A stretch of 64,000 nucleotides of DNA from Takakia lepidozioides (Eukaryota > Plantae > Bryophyta), in NCBI GenBank assembly GCA_030704615.1, contig CM060731.1:90892001-90956000 (forward strand), read 5' to 3'. Position 1 is the first letter of the stretch. Each line of letters opens with the position of its first letter. The notes below the pieces were generated by a model. It was given only the letters and a program-made list of their open reading frames with translations. It was not told where the DNA came from and searched no databases. A program made the position numbers and the translations under genes. Of the stretch, positions 48,420 to 60,407 are shown piece after piece.

Positions 48420-51400
48420 GGGAAGCGGGCATGGCTCGTATGTGTTCAAAGAGAAGTTGGCGGAGCTCCACGCGAGGTGTCCCGCTGTAGAAGGGTGTTC
48501 ACTTCTCCATAGCCTAGTGTGGCTTGGTGGATGAATTGGTCTCTCTTACCGTCGCAACACATAATCACAAGGTATATGTAATATTGATGCTTGCAGGGGA
48601 CCCACTTCCCTCTCATGCCGAGAGCGCCCTCACGCATCGTTACAAAGTCCGGACAAGTGCACAAAGGGAAATTTCCGACGGTAACCTGCTATTCTTTGCC
48701 ATGAAGAACTGACCCAATTGACAGCACTGTGTAAATCCGTCCATACCCCGGAGAAGGGACTTCGGTGATACGAGACACCCGAGCCTGCAAAATTCTAGCA
48801 GATTCCATCTTGCATTCGTGATCTGCACCCGAAGCGAAACGGCGCACTGTTTTTCCATCTCTTTTTGTTGGGTGGGAGTCGGCACCGGGTGGCGGCATTG
48901 CCGGAGCATGTGGCACATCTGTGCCGACAGTGCATGAGGGCACCACCCGGGACCGTGCAAGACAGAACCCTCCCTCCTCCAGCATGCTTATCTCGGTTGA
49001 TGACAGCGACGTCCCAATTTGCACAGGCCAAATTGCGGGGGGAGGGGGTTTCATTATCACCGAAGGACGAACTGTTCCCTTCACGCATCGTGCCATATCG
49101 TCTGGGCAGAACCAAAATTTGTGGTCCTTTGACTCCCCACTATGATAAGGTCGGAACAACCCTGTGAATGTTGGAGCTGGAGTCCCCCTGGAGCCTTTGC
49201 ATATCTTTGATTTGCATTTCTTGAATGAGGGGGTCCGAATTGCCATGCAAGCCACTCTAGATCCTGGTGGGGTGCGTTCTATATGCCACTCACTATCAAT
49301 GCAATCGGATTCCTGCACCATGGCCACCACCTCCTCCAATGGGATTCCCGCTGCTGTGCTTGTATGTTCTGCACCTGCTCCACTGGAGGAGGACCCACCT
49401 GGGAAGGGGTGGGCACACGACTCAGTCTGCAGTGGAGACACCTTTGGCACAGAGAAATTGACCCTGTCTGGCCGATGGGAATCTCCATCTGACCCTGGAA
49501 GAGTGTTCAATTTCTTTTGCATGATCCAAATCTTTCCTCGCCTTCCAAATGGGGGAGCCTGGATTGTAGAGGGGACCCTTCAGTGCATCTGTTTAGAGCT
49601 CTGGCCATCTTTAACGGGACTCCGGACCTACTCGCAGCCCTTAGCATCAACAAAGTCGTATCAGGGCCCTTGCCTCCACCCCGTCCCATCAGAAAATTGC
49701 GGTACCTGGTTTGTTGTGTAAGTGCACGCACCATGTCATCAGCAGTGGCCACATACAAGTCACGACCTCCTTTGGTAGACTGCTGCATCCAGGCGTTGTG
49801 AACAGTCTCCGCCAAATTACAGGATGGCATGTCGGCCAAGTCCTCCAAGGACATGTCCTGCAGGAGGCATTGCATGGATATGTGAGGAACGAAAACAAAT
49901 GGTAGAGGTTCTTCAAATGACAATCAAAGAACCCCAAATGAACAGGCACGATGCAAAATTTCTGTTTTTGGGATTGAAGAGGCTTACCGTCGTCATGAAA
50001 GCTCCCCACTGTCTGTACCTGAAGTGCTAGAAAACCAACCAGTCCTCCAACTCCTTTACGTGGGTACCTGTTGCAGCACCAGAGGAGAACCACCAAGCCC
50101 GGATTGCCTGGTAAGTGCTCTCAGCTTCTCCCATTGAGGTGGCATTCTTGTACTTGAGACAGAGCCTTCTGTGCTCCAACTGCAGGTCAGGGCGAATGCA
50201 GCGCTTTGTATGACGTGCCAGAGATTGAGTCCAATGGAAGAGGCATGTGCGCTCCCTATTTTCCATTGGGACCTTAGGATCCCCCGAACCAAACACGCGT
50301 CGCACTGCATTGAAATTTGCCTGTGCACTATCAGCCATGAAGCCCGCAAAATTTGTGTTTTGTATTCCATTGCGCTGCATGACGGCCAAGAGCGAATTCC
50401 ACATGAGCATCTGGGATTCAGTGTCCTCCGACTGCATATCACAAATTGTTATGGAGAGCACACGCTGGTACGCCGGATCATACACATGGCACGCCATGGT
50501 TGTCCAACCCTTCACCCGTTTGCAGTGATCAAACATTAACCAACATTTAGCCAAATCTCCTCCTGGTTGCATACGGCGGACAATGCTCACACCACTGCCT
50601 TCGCCCACAGCGGACATCTTGAACAAATACACCTTGGACGAGCCCTGGCCAGGGGAGATACTGTTTTGAATGAATTCATAGCGACTCCTCTGTTTCAGGT
50701 CCATAATGTTGTCCATGAATCCAGCAGTGCCTGTGCCCATTCTGAGTGCATTCACCTGGTTTCGAATATTGGGAGAGCTCAACACGGAGAAATGGTCCAT
50801 GACTGCATTAAGCGAATCTACATCCAGCATAAGTTGTGTCGCATCCCCTTCACCCAGTATGTGTTTCTCCAGGAATGCCTTGCTAGCTGCAAGCGCTATA
50901 GCATAAGGTGTTGCACAAGGGGCATTGTGGAACTCCTGCTTCAGCAGATTTCTAGCGATGTCCACGCTATCCCTGCAACTTCCTTTGGACACAGGATGCT
51001 CGTGTGCACCCATATGAATGCAGGCACGAGTCATTGTCTTGCATCGGTGTGCCACCTGATACATACGAGCGTGGCACACAGAAACACAGGACGGGGAAAG
51101 TTTGCAGAACCTGCACACAAAAGTATTGGTCCTGGGAGGGGCAAGCCCTGGGGTGAAAGGATTCAGGGGCACACCTTCCCACTCACTTTCGTTTGGTTGA
51201 GCGCTGTTTCTCAGACGAGGGCAAGAAATATTCTGGCACTTACAATGCCCAACGCAGACCGACCTCCGAAATTTCAAGCCAATGTCGTTATGGATGTTCG
51301 ACGTTTTTGTCCTGCACCAAGGACGTCCGTCATGTTTCTTGTCCATGCCCTGTAAAAGCCCAGCCAGTCCAGTGGAAGAGGTGGGAGGGTTGAGCTCAAA

Positions 51401-52009
51401 CAGGATGTCCCCATCAAACTGTGCTGGCACGTATTGAACCCATTGCATAGGAAGGGACTCCCAATCAACAAAACGCAGCTCGCTCTTGCACCCAGGCACA
51501 CCTGCGAGGGCTTTCAATTTTGGAATGACACTCGTTATCTCTTGCAATTCGTCATCATCCAATGACGGAGTCTGCACTGGCGAAGGAATCTCATAAACAT
51601 CCTCCGAGGACGAGTCTGAAAGAGTCACGAAGGTAGTGGATGTGCTCACCTCTTGTTTCACAGGAACTGTGCCCTTCTGTTGCACGACCGATGCTGCAGT
51701 GCCAGGGGTAATGACTGATCCTGCTGATTGTCTTCTCTCTTTTCCAAGGAGACGGTATGTGCCTGGAAGGACTCTCCACTTCCTTCCACACTTGCCAACC
51801 AATGGTTTCTCCAAGTGCCCAGAATCCAAATTCCCATCCTCGTCATACACCTCTTTTTGAACAAGGAGAGAACCCAACTCCAACGGGAACACTGTAACCA
51901 GCTCATCCTCATGAACAACTGCAAACCCATCGTCATCTGCAGTGGCAGTCAGTGGAAGAGTACCTGCATTGGAATGGAATCGAGCAAGTGTATCTCGCTC
52001 CCTCGACAT
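48420..52009 (-). pseudogene. E3 transposase: GCM-like domain, MULE-type DDE, SWIM; intron 49858-49987; few lesions
   Basis: WCRTKTSN...RRSVCVGHCKC...CRFC...GAHEHP (GCM-like); WLMFDH / FMADSAQAN / CLFH / NLAETVH; CTCPDF...WVPCKH. Premature TAG at 50027, frameshift near 49515 and a stop near 48689. Confidence 0.9.
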
Positions 52010-52956
52010 GTTTTCCCTCACTGAACGAAAGTTGCGGAATCCTCGAACTGACAGCCCGCAATCACCGAAAGGGGAATTAAGACAAGCAAACTGAGGTCAA
52101 CAAGGGTAGCTCCAACCCAAAGGTTGCGGGTGATGCATGCAAAGGATGTAGGGATGAGATGCACCTTCACTTCGGAAACAACAACGCTAAGAGGCACTAA
52201 CCAGAAAAACTGTTTTCAAATACTACAAGAAGCCGTGCTGTTTATGGATGAAAACAAACACTGAAAACGACATGAAACCATCCATTATGAAAGACGGCAA
52301 CAACCCTGGAGAGCAGTAAACAGGAAGACCACAAATGTCATGAGGTTGTGCTGTGCCAGAAGAGCACAGCACAAACACTGACACTACAGAAGATACCTCG
52401 CACGAATGCGTGCCAGACATGGTCGTATCCGACAGAACCCTTTATGCCGAATGACCCCATGGCGACGGTTACGGTAAAATGCAAACCACAGGGTAGGCAG
52501 TACAACACACGTGGATGCATATGTGAAGCATAACAATTATTGCGGATCTGCAAGAACTACTCGAAAATGAACTAGCATTAGATTTCTACGGCACATCCGA
52601 ATTTGAAAGAAAGCAAGAAGGCCGCGGTGTATTGGCAGGCGGCGCAGTACATCTGACATATATCGCTAGTGCATGCAACGGATGTACTTTTTTTCTAGCG
52701 CTTTATTACTTGGATAATACGGAGACGACGGAATGGATGAATTCCGTTCGCACACAATAACAACACCCGCATCCAAATATGGTTGACAACGTCCAATTTC
52801 GATTTCGGTTACATGCCATAGCGGCACTTGTTACAAACGTCAAACTGGAGAGCTCTAGAGGCATCGTGGGGAGCCCTTGTTTCCAGCGGAGGAGGAAGAG
52901 AAGGAAGTCACTATACTTCACGAGCTCTAGAAACAGGAATAGAGCCAGAGATAGAA

Positions 52957-53267
52957 TGAGGATGGAAAGAGTGGACGAAGAGGAAAAGGAGGTAGGAGAG
53001 GGAGTAGAGGAAAGTGTGGCGATGGAGGAGCATGAATCAGCAGAAGAACAGCAGCCCGCCATAGATCCAAGAACAGATGAAGAGGACACTGCATCTGAGG
53101 GAGAGACAGACGAGATGGAAGAGGATGTTGAAGGTGGCCTCACGAGGAGTCTGCCTACGGGAAAGAGGAAGGGGGAGAGGCTCACGTACACGCTCGGCGC
53201 AGAGAGCAGTCCGAAGCGCAAAGGGTCCCGGCAATTTGGGAGTCTTCTGGAGCAGCCAAGAAAAAGG
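52957..53267 (+). CDS. First exon of a divergent E3 cargo gene (acidic N-terminus with basic NLS-like patch); remainder not in place
   Basis: MRMERVDEEEKE...GKRKGER...PKRKG...PRKR ending at AAG|GTGA; same position and orientation relative to the transposase as the E1 ParB-MTase gene. Confidence 0.45.
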
Positions 53268-53364
53268 TGAAATCTTTAAGACCCACATTTGTGTTTCGTT
53301 GCTGATATGAATATAGCCCACACAGGACATCTGCACCAGGCTGAAAGCACCGCAAACTGGAAGC

Positions 53365-55711
53365 TCAAACAGTGTGCGGCAATGCACACTGTTAAGGCCT
53401 ACCAATTTGCTTGATTGTTCAGGTGCGAAACGCCCAAACTTGGGCACTACAGCAGGTTCAATACAACCCAAATTGCAAGCTCAATCAGTGTGAGTTGAGC
53501 TGAACATTTCACTGCTGTTTCCGTCTGGATATCGGTTTTCCAGGATATGTATGTCAGGACGAGAGAACCCTTCAGTGGCAACTCAAACAGTGTGCATTGG
53601 CGCACACTATTTGAGCTGAACATGTAAGTGTTTTTTCCGATTGAAATTCGACCTTTAGGGCACGTTTCTGAGGATGAAAGAATCCCTCACTGGCAGCTCA
53701 AACAGTGTGCGTCAACGCACACTGTTTGAGCTGAACATGTAAGTGTTTTTTCCGAGTTGAATTAGGACTTCCAGGGCAGGTTTTTCAAGATGAAATAACC
53801 ATTCAGTGGCAGCTCAAACAGTGTGCGTTGGCGCACACTGTTTGAGCTGAACATGTAAGTGTTTTTTCCGAGTTAAATTCGGACTTCCAGGGCACGTTTC
53901 TGAGGATGAAAGAATCCCTCACTGGCACCTCAAACAGTGTGCGTCTGTTTCAGCTGAACATGTAAGTGTTTTTTCCAAGTTAAATTCGGACTTCCAGAGC
54001 AGGTTTTTCAAGATGAAATAACCATTCAGTGGCAGCTCAAACTGTGTGCGTTGGCGCACACTGTTTGAGCTGAACATGTAAGTGTTTTTTCCGAGTTAAA
54101 TTCGGACTTCCAGGGCAGGTTTTTGAAGATGAAATAACCATTCAGTGGTAGCTCAAACGGTGTGCGTTGGCGCACACTGTTTGAGCTGAACATGTAAGTG
54201 TTTTTTCCGAGTTAAATTCGGACTTCCAGGGTAGGTTTTTCAAGATGAAATAACCATTCAATTGTAGCTCAAACAGTGTGCGTTGGCGCACACTGTTTGA
54301 GCTGAACATGTAAGTGTTTTTTCCGATTGAAATTCGTCATTTAGGGCACGTTTCTGAGGATGAAAGAATCCCTCAATGGCAGCTCAAACAGTGTGCGTCA
54401 ACGCACACTGATTAATCTGTACATGTCACCGTTTTTTTGGTGTTAAATTCGGACTTCCAGGGCAGGTTTTTCATGATGAAATAACCATTCAATGGCAGCT
54501 CAAACAGTGTGCGTTGGCGCACACTGTTTGAGCTGAACATGTCATTGTTTTTCCCGAGTTAAATTCGGACTTCCAGGGCAGGTTTCTCAAGATGAAATAA
54601 CCATTCCGTGGTAGCTCAAACAGTGTGCGTTGGCGCACACTGTTTGAGCTGAACATGTAAGTGTTTTTTCCGATTGAAATTCGTCATTTAGGGCACGTTT
54701 CTGAGGATGAAAGAATCCCTCAATGGCAGCTCAAACAGTGTGCGTCAACGCACACTGATTAATCTGTACATGTCACTGTTTTTTTGGTGTTAAATTCGGA
54801 CTTCCAGGGCAGGTTTTTCATGATGAAATAACCATTCAGTGGCAGCTCAAACAGTGTGCGTTGGCGCACACTGTTTGAGCTGAACATGTCATTGTTTTTC
54901 TCGAGTTAAATTCGGACTTCCAGGGCAGGTTTCTCAAGATGAAATAACCATTCAGTGGCAGCTCAAACAGTGTGCGTTGGCGAACACTGTTTGAGCTCAA
55001 CATGTAAGTGTTTTTTCCGAATGCGTTGACGCACACTGTTTGAGCTGCCAGTGAGGGATTCTTTCATCCTCAGAAACGTGCGCTGGAAATCCAAATTTAA
55101 CTCGGAAAAAACACTTACATGTTCAGCTCAAACAGTGTTCGCCAACGTACACTGTTTGATCTGCCACTGAATGGTTATTTCATCTTGAAAAACCTGCCCT
55201 GGAAGTCCGAATTTAACTCGGAAAAAACACTTACATGTTCAGCTCAAACAGTGTGCGCCAACACACGCTGTTTGAGCTGCCACTGAATGGTTATTTCATC
55301 TTGAAAAACCTGCCCTGGAAGTCCAAATTTAACTCGGAAAAAACACTTACATGTACAGCTCAAACAGTGTGCGTTGACGCACACTGTTTGAGCTGCCAGT
55401 GAGGGATTCTTTCATCCTCGGAAACGTGCCCTGGAAGTCCAAATTTAACTCGGAAAAACACTTACATGTTCAGCTCAAACAGTGTGCGCCAACGCACACT
55501 GTTTGAGCTGCCACTGAATGGTTATTTCATCTTGAAAAACGTGCCCTGGAAGTCCGAATTTAACTCGGAAAAAACACTTACATGTTCAGCTCAAACAGTG
55601 TGCGCCAACGCACACTGTTTGAGCTGCCACTGAATGGTTATTTCATCATGAAAAACCTGCCCTGGAAGTCCGAATTTAACACCAAAAAAACAGTGACATG
55701 TACAGCTCAAA
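53365..55711. repeat. E3 ~120-bp tandem array with palindrome GCTCAAACAGTGTGCG(N3)CGCACACTGTTTGAGC; two spacer variants; orientation flips at ~55020
   Basis: About 18 units. The variant attaatctgtacatgtcac recurs ~359 bp apart (3-unit higher-order repeat). Confidence 0.95.
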
Positions 55712-55739
55712 GCCATAATTACCATATCCCCTAAGAAAA

Positions 55740-56050
55740 GCCTCATCCAGTACGGAAAAAAAAAACCCATTAAAGAGGAATAAACGAATTAATACCCTGG
55801 TATTTTTCATCCGGTATGGATGGAAAAATTATAGATAGGATGCCAGTGTCAACCCCTACAGAGGTAATTCCTCATTCTCTGGTGACTCATCTGGTATAGA
55901 TGAAAGTCAATAAAAGAGGAATGAAAAAATCATAGACCCATTTTAGAGGTATTTTAGTGTCCACCCAGGTAATTCATCCGGTATGGATAAAAAATCTTTA
56001 TAGGGCGGGTGAAAACACTGTTTAGAATCCATCCGGTATAGATGGAAAAA
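55740..56050. repeat. Cluster of CATCCGGTAT(G/A)GATG palindromes (subterminal-like)
   Basis: Copies at ~55808, 55888, 55975, 56030. Confidence 0.6.
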
Positions 56051-56084
56051 CAGGAAAAAAAACACTGATACAACCGGCCAATTC

Positions 56085-57730
56085 CGAGGAGGGAGACAAA
56101 GAGAGAGAGGGGGCAACAAAGGGAAAAAAAAAAAATGTGGGGAGGGGAGTGACTGAGCAGTTGCAGCTGCTGCCATTTTTTATTTTTATTTTTTTGATGG
56201 ATGATCTCTCCCTCTCACTCCCTCTCTCTCTCCCTCTCTCTCCCTCTCTGCCTCTACCTCTCTATCTCTCTCTCTCTCCTCTCTTTTATGCTGTTGACAA
56301 AAAAAAACAAACCACAGAGGGAGAGATGGGGTAGAAAAAGTTAAAAAGATAGAGGGAGAGAGTGGGAGAGAGAGGGAGAGGGAGAGAGGGGGCAACAAAG
56401 GGAAGAAAAAAAAATGTGGGGGGGCGGGGGAGTGACTGAGCAGCTGCAGCTGCTGAGTCACCCCCCCCCCCGCCCTTTTTTTTTCTTTTTTCTTTTTTTT
56501 CTTTTTTTGTTTTGTTTTTTTGTTTCCTGATCTCTCCTTCTCACTCCCTCTCTCTCTCTCCCTCCCTCTCCCTCTCTCTCCTCTCTTTTGTGCTGCTCAC
56601 AAAAAAAAATCCACAGAGGGAGAGAGGGGTAGAGAGAGGGAGTGAGAGGGAGAGATACCCATCAAAAATAAATAAATAAATAATTGTGCAATCAAGGGAA
56701 TTGTGCCTATACCTCTGTTTACCAACTTTGAAAGTCTCGAGGCTGAGCCAAAAGCCCAGCCCCTTCTGAGGCCTAGTTTTTGGGCAAATCACACACAGCG
56801 GATTGATGCTTGTGTGAAGGGATTTCTAGAGGATATCTGGACAACCCGGATTAACTCTATATATGAAGGTAAGTCTTACTACCAACGTCAGCCCCTGACA
56901 TAGGTAGGATCGTCCCTTTTGTTTCCCCAAGAGAGGGGCAACAAAGAAAAAGAAAAAAATGTGGGGGGGGGCACCCCCCCCCCCCCACCCTTTTTTTTTT
57001 GCTTTGTTGCCCCCTGATGTCTCCCTCTCCCTCTCTCTCCCTCTCTTCTGTGTTGCTCTCTTTTAAGCTCCCGACGAGATAAATTCAAGGTCAAATGGTG
57101 GGTTCAGTTGCAACATATGTCCAACACAAGATATCCTAAGTTAATCGACTCTATATCTTGGAAACAGGACCGCCCTGTCAAACAGGCTAAGCCCTGGCAG
57201 AAGAAAGTAGAAGAGATCCTCAAGGATCTGAATCTGGACCCGCAAATCTTGACCTTGCTGGATAAATCTGACTTAGAGAGTCATGTCTGTTACCAGAAAA
57301 TTGTTTGATAAAATGAAGTTAGGAAGAAAACTTCCCTGAACCTGTTTCCAGTCTGTGACATGGGGGAGGACATCATGGATGTGCTCAAGGGTCTATCCTA
57401 CTCTTGGCACCAGACTGAAATTTAAACTCAGGGCATGAAGAACAGTAAACAGAAGCAGAGAGGAAAGGGAGAGTGCAATTGCCCATTGTGTGGGCAACTT
57501 GAAGACAATATTCATTTTCTGATGTCCGGGGTTCTCTCACCAAAGAGACGCTCTCTTCAAATCTATCAAGGGAATTGTGTCTGTACCTCTGTTTACCTTT
57601 GAAAGTCTCAAGGCTGAGCCAAAAGCCCAGCCCCTTCTGCTCAGTCGCTCCCCCCCCCCCCCCCCCCCATTTTTTGTTTTTGTTTTATCTCATCATCTCT
57701 TCCTCTCTCTCCCTCTCTCTCTCTCACTTT
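56085..57730. repeat. GA/CT-rich low-complexity region with local direct and inverted duplications and a decayed non-LTR C-terminal fragment (~57070-57600, +)
   Basis: aagggaattgtg...gagccaaaagcccagccccttctg at ~56695 and ~57569; CPLCGQLEDNIHFL zinc-finger remnant. Confidence 0.55.
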
Positions 57731-57999
57731 TGGTGTGACGTACAAGTTATGGACAACTCTCGACATCTTTCCCTTGATCCCACATCAAGACAGAGCCATA
57801 GACCATCTCCCCACCCTGACCTACCTCTGCTGCTGTGGCTGCCTGGGGGGTACACCCCAGCCAACTTGTATCAGGCACGTGCGTGCACAGGAGGGGGTAT
57901 TTTTAACCCCCCCATGTACAAAATTATACATACATAGGGGGGGGGGGGTAAGCAACACCTTAAATATAAGTCTACAGCAAGGGGTGAGCATGATTAGGA

Positions 58000-58165
58000 G
58001 GGTAGCGTAGTGGTAAGGGTTACCTTTGTTACAACTCTCATCGTGGGTTCAAATCTCACAGTGTCTTGAATTTTTCGAAAACTTCAAAAATATGTATATA
58101 TTGCAATGTAGATTTGAGCTCGAGACCACCTGCACATTGCATCCACCTCCATACCATTAGACTAG
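58000..58165. other. Two convergent degenerate tRNA-like (A-box/B-box) sequences
   Basis: tagcgtagtggtaa...gggttcaaatctc on +; tagtctaatggta...gagctcaaatct on -. No complete cloverleaf. Confidence 0.4.
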
Positions 58166-58220
58166 TCCACAATTCTTAAGGACAATGTAATGTTAAACAT
58201 TAATATACAAGAAAGACAAT

Positions 58221-60216
58221 TTGTTTTGTTTCGTATCATTGTTGAGATCTCCCAAACCGCGGGGCCCCAGCCCTGGTGTTTGGCACATCACCTGTTCGGG
58301 GGCCCGGTATGGGCAACTTTTGGATGTCACCCCCATAGCGACCCCTTCCTCCGTAGTGAAGGCTGCACTTGCCAAGGCCCAAGGTCAGGTTCAAGGGCCT
58401 TTGGAAGTGGTCGTTGCTAGCCCAATGTTGACGATGAGGGAGGAGGAGACGAGGAGGGCCAATGACGAGGCCGAGATAGCGAAGCGCCTCGAATTAGTCA
58501 AGCCGGGTGAGGGCTTCTACCCTGCTACGCATTTGGGGGGGGGGGGAGGGAGGAGATACGGGCCGGTTTGGAGCGGCCTAGCCGATCAGCGGCCGCCCCC
58601 TGAGCCTGAGCGGTCAGCAAAGAAGGGCCTGGACTACGGGGCACCGCCGGCGGCTATGTTCAACATCTGGAATCTACTTCTAGTGGCGCTCCAGGAAGGG
58701 ATAGCGCGGGCACATCCGGCAACGGGGCCTCCTACCACATCGGGTGACATCGGGGCCGAGTCGGCCAAGCTTCACAAGGTACAACTGTTGCACCTTGTTT
58801 CATGTTTTGTCATTTCCTTTGCATGCATGATTTTCTTTGTTGTTTGTTTCTTTTTTTGAATTTGGGGGGGTTATTTGTCTTCAGGAGGCAGCAACATGGC
58901 TGGCCTCATTGGTGCAGTCCGGTGGGGTTGCCAATGAGGGAGAGCACGTGGTGTTCATGAAGGACCCGAACACCAAAGGTAAGAAGAAGAGGCCTCGACC
59001 TCCCGAGGTCCATTTTACCATCAATGAAGGGGCTGCCGAGGAGAGAGAGAGAAGGGAGAGGGAGAAGGAGAGAGAGGAAGTAGCGGGGAAGGGGAAGGAA
59101 AAGAAATAGATTAAGAAGAAGAAGTCTCATGGAGAGGAAGGGGTGAGTGTGCATGCGGGGGAGGGCAGTGGGGTAACAAAGGAGCAGGGGAAGGAGGCTA
59201 CAAAGAAGGGAGAGGGTAGGAAGAAGAAGAAATCATTGGCGATAGAGAACATGGAGTTGGCAAAGATCGTGGTGCCACCGGTGAAGGTGAATCGCCATGG
59301 TGACCCCTGCGGTGCGTTCTGGGAGGCTATGAAGAAGCCAGCCTTCGAACTCGCAATGAGGTGGTTCCCTTTGCACATTGAGTGGGCTGATTAGCATTTT
59401 GGCGCGAAGCGGGCGTATGCCCGTGAGTTAGATGCCGGTTTCCGGGAAATTGAAGTGACACAAGGGTGATGGAGATGGTGGGGCGGAACTTGAAGGACAG
59501 GAGGTACCGTGCTAGACAGATCATTCGGAGGGCAATGGAAAAGGGGGCCATACCCAAACCACCTTATGGAATTACACAGGTTGGCAAATCCTGAATCATT
59601 TCACCTTCCATTTGTCGCATGTGCATTAATGAGGTGGATTCGATGCAACGTATGTGTGTAATTCACTAATTATTGGGGGAGGGGGGTGCATAGGTATTGT
59701 GGGATGCACTCATTGCGAGAGAGAATGATGCGGCAAACAAGGCCAAATTTGAGCGGGCACGCGAAGCAACAACAGTCTGCCTTGACAAGCACGAATCCAC
59801 ACACAAGTGGGGCACCGGCGGATCCAAGGGTTTTATCTTGCAATTTGTAAGTCATACTTCCCTATGTATTTTGTTATGTCTTCTTTCTGGCTCCATCATC
59901 GTGAAGAACTGACTTTAATTTGTGACATGTGTAACAATGCGCGTTTGAGAGGAAGCCATCTCCGGTAGAGTACAACTACGCCAAGGAGCATGGTTGACAA
60001 TCCCTCATGAAGAACATGGCCAACACGGAGGGGATGAGTGCACTACAGGGCACTAGTATGGATGAGGGCGGGGGTCATGGCCAGGGATTGGATGAGAGCT
60101 TTGTGGGACTTAGGGAAACGCCGCCTCCTTTAGGTGCTCTGGCAAAGGGCGCGGAGTCATCAGGCTCATCGGATAGCTCTGAGTCCTCTACTGAGGATGA
60201 GGATGAGGATGACTAG
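58221..60216 (+). pseudogene. Spliced CACTA/En-Spm TnpA-like (Ptta-type) gene remnant
   Basis: VGRNLKDRRYRARQ...PKPPYGITQ|YWDALIARE...KFERAREA...HKWGTGGSKG with GT-AG introns and an acidic tail; in-frame stops. Confidence 0.5.
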
Positions 60217-60407
60217 TCCTAGTCCATGTAGGTCCCAGGGTCAGCCTACTGAACCCTTGTGAGCTTTTCAGCTCATTTCTTGTAAATATATTTCCATCTT
60301 TCCATCTTCCATCTTATTCATGTGTCGCACCGTCCTCACCCTCGATTCATGCTTGCTCAATTGTGTACCTGTTGAATCAGAGAAATGAAAGCTGTAAGGT
60401 CTCCCAT

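Larger units (their letters stand above)
48055..55711. mobile_element. E3: left part of a third Mutator-like element of the same family (internal break approximate)
   Basis: Left end gagcgtagctacggcgtgagccc follows TSD TTTAGAATG (48046-48054). The matching end and inverted TSD CATTCTAAA are at 63940-63971. Confidence 0.8.

Noticed and set aside
53365-55711. CRISPR array with a ~36-bp palindromic repeat
   Set aside because: Only two recurring spacer variants; it is a tandem repeat.
58000-58060. Functional tRNA gene
   Set aside because: A/B boxes only; acceptor and anticodon stems cannot be formed convincingly.
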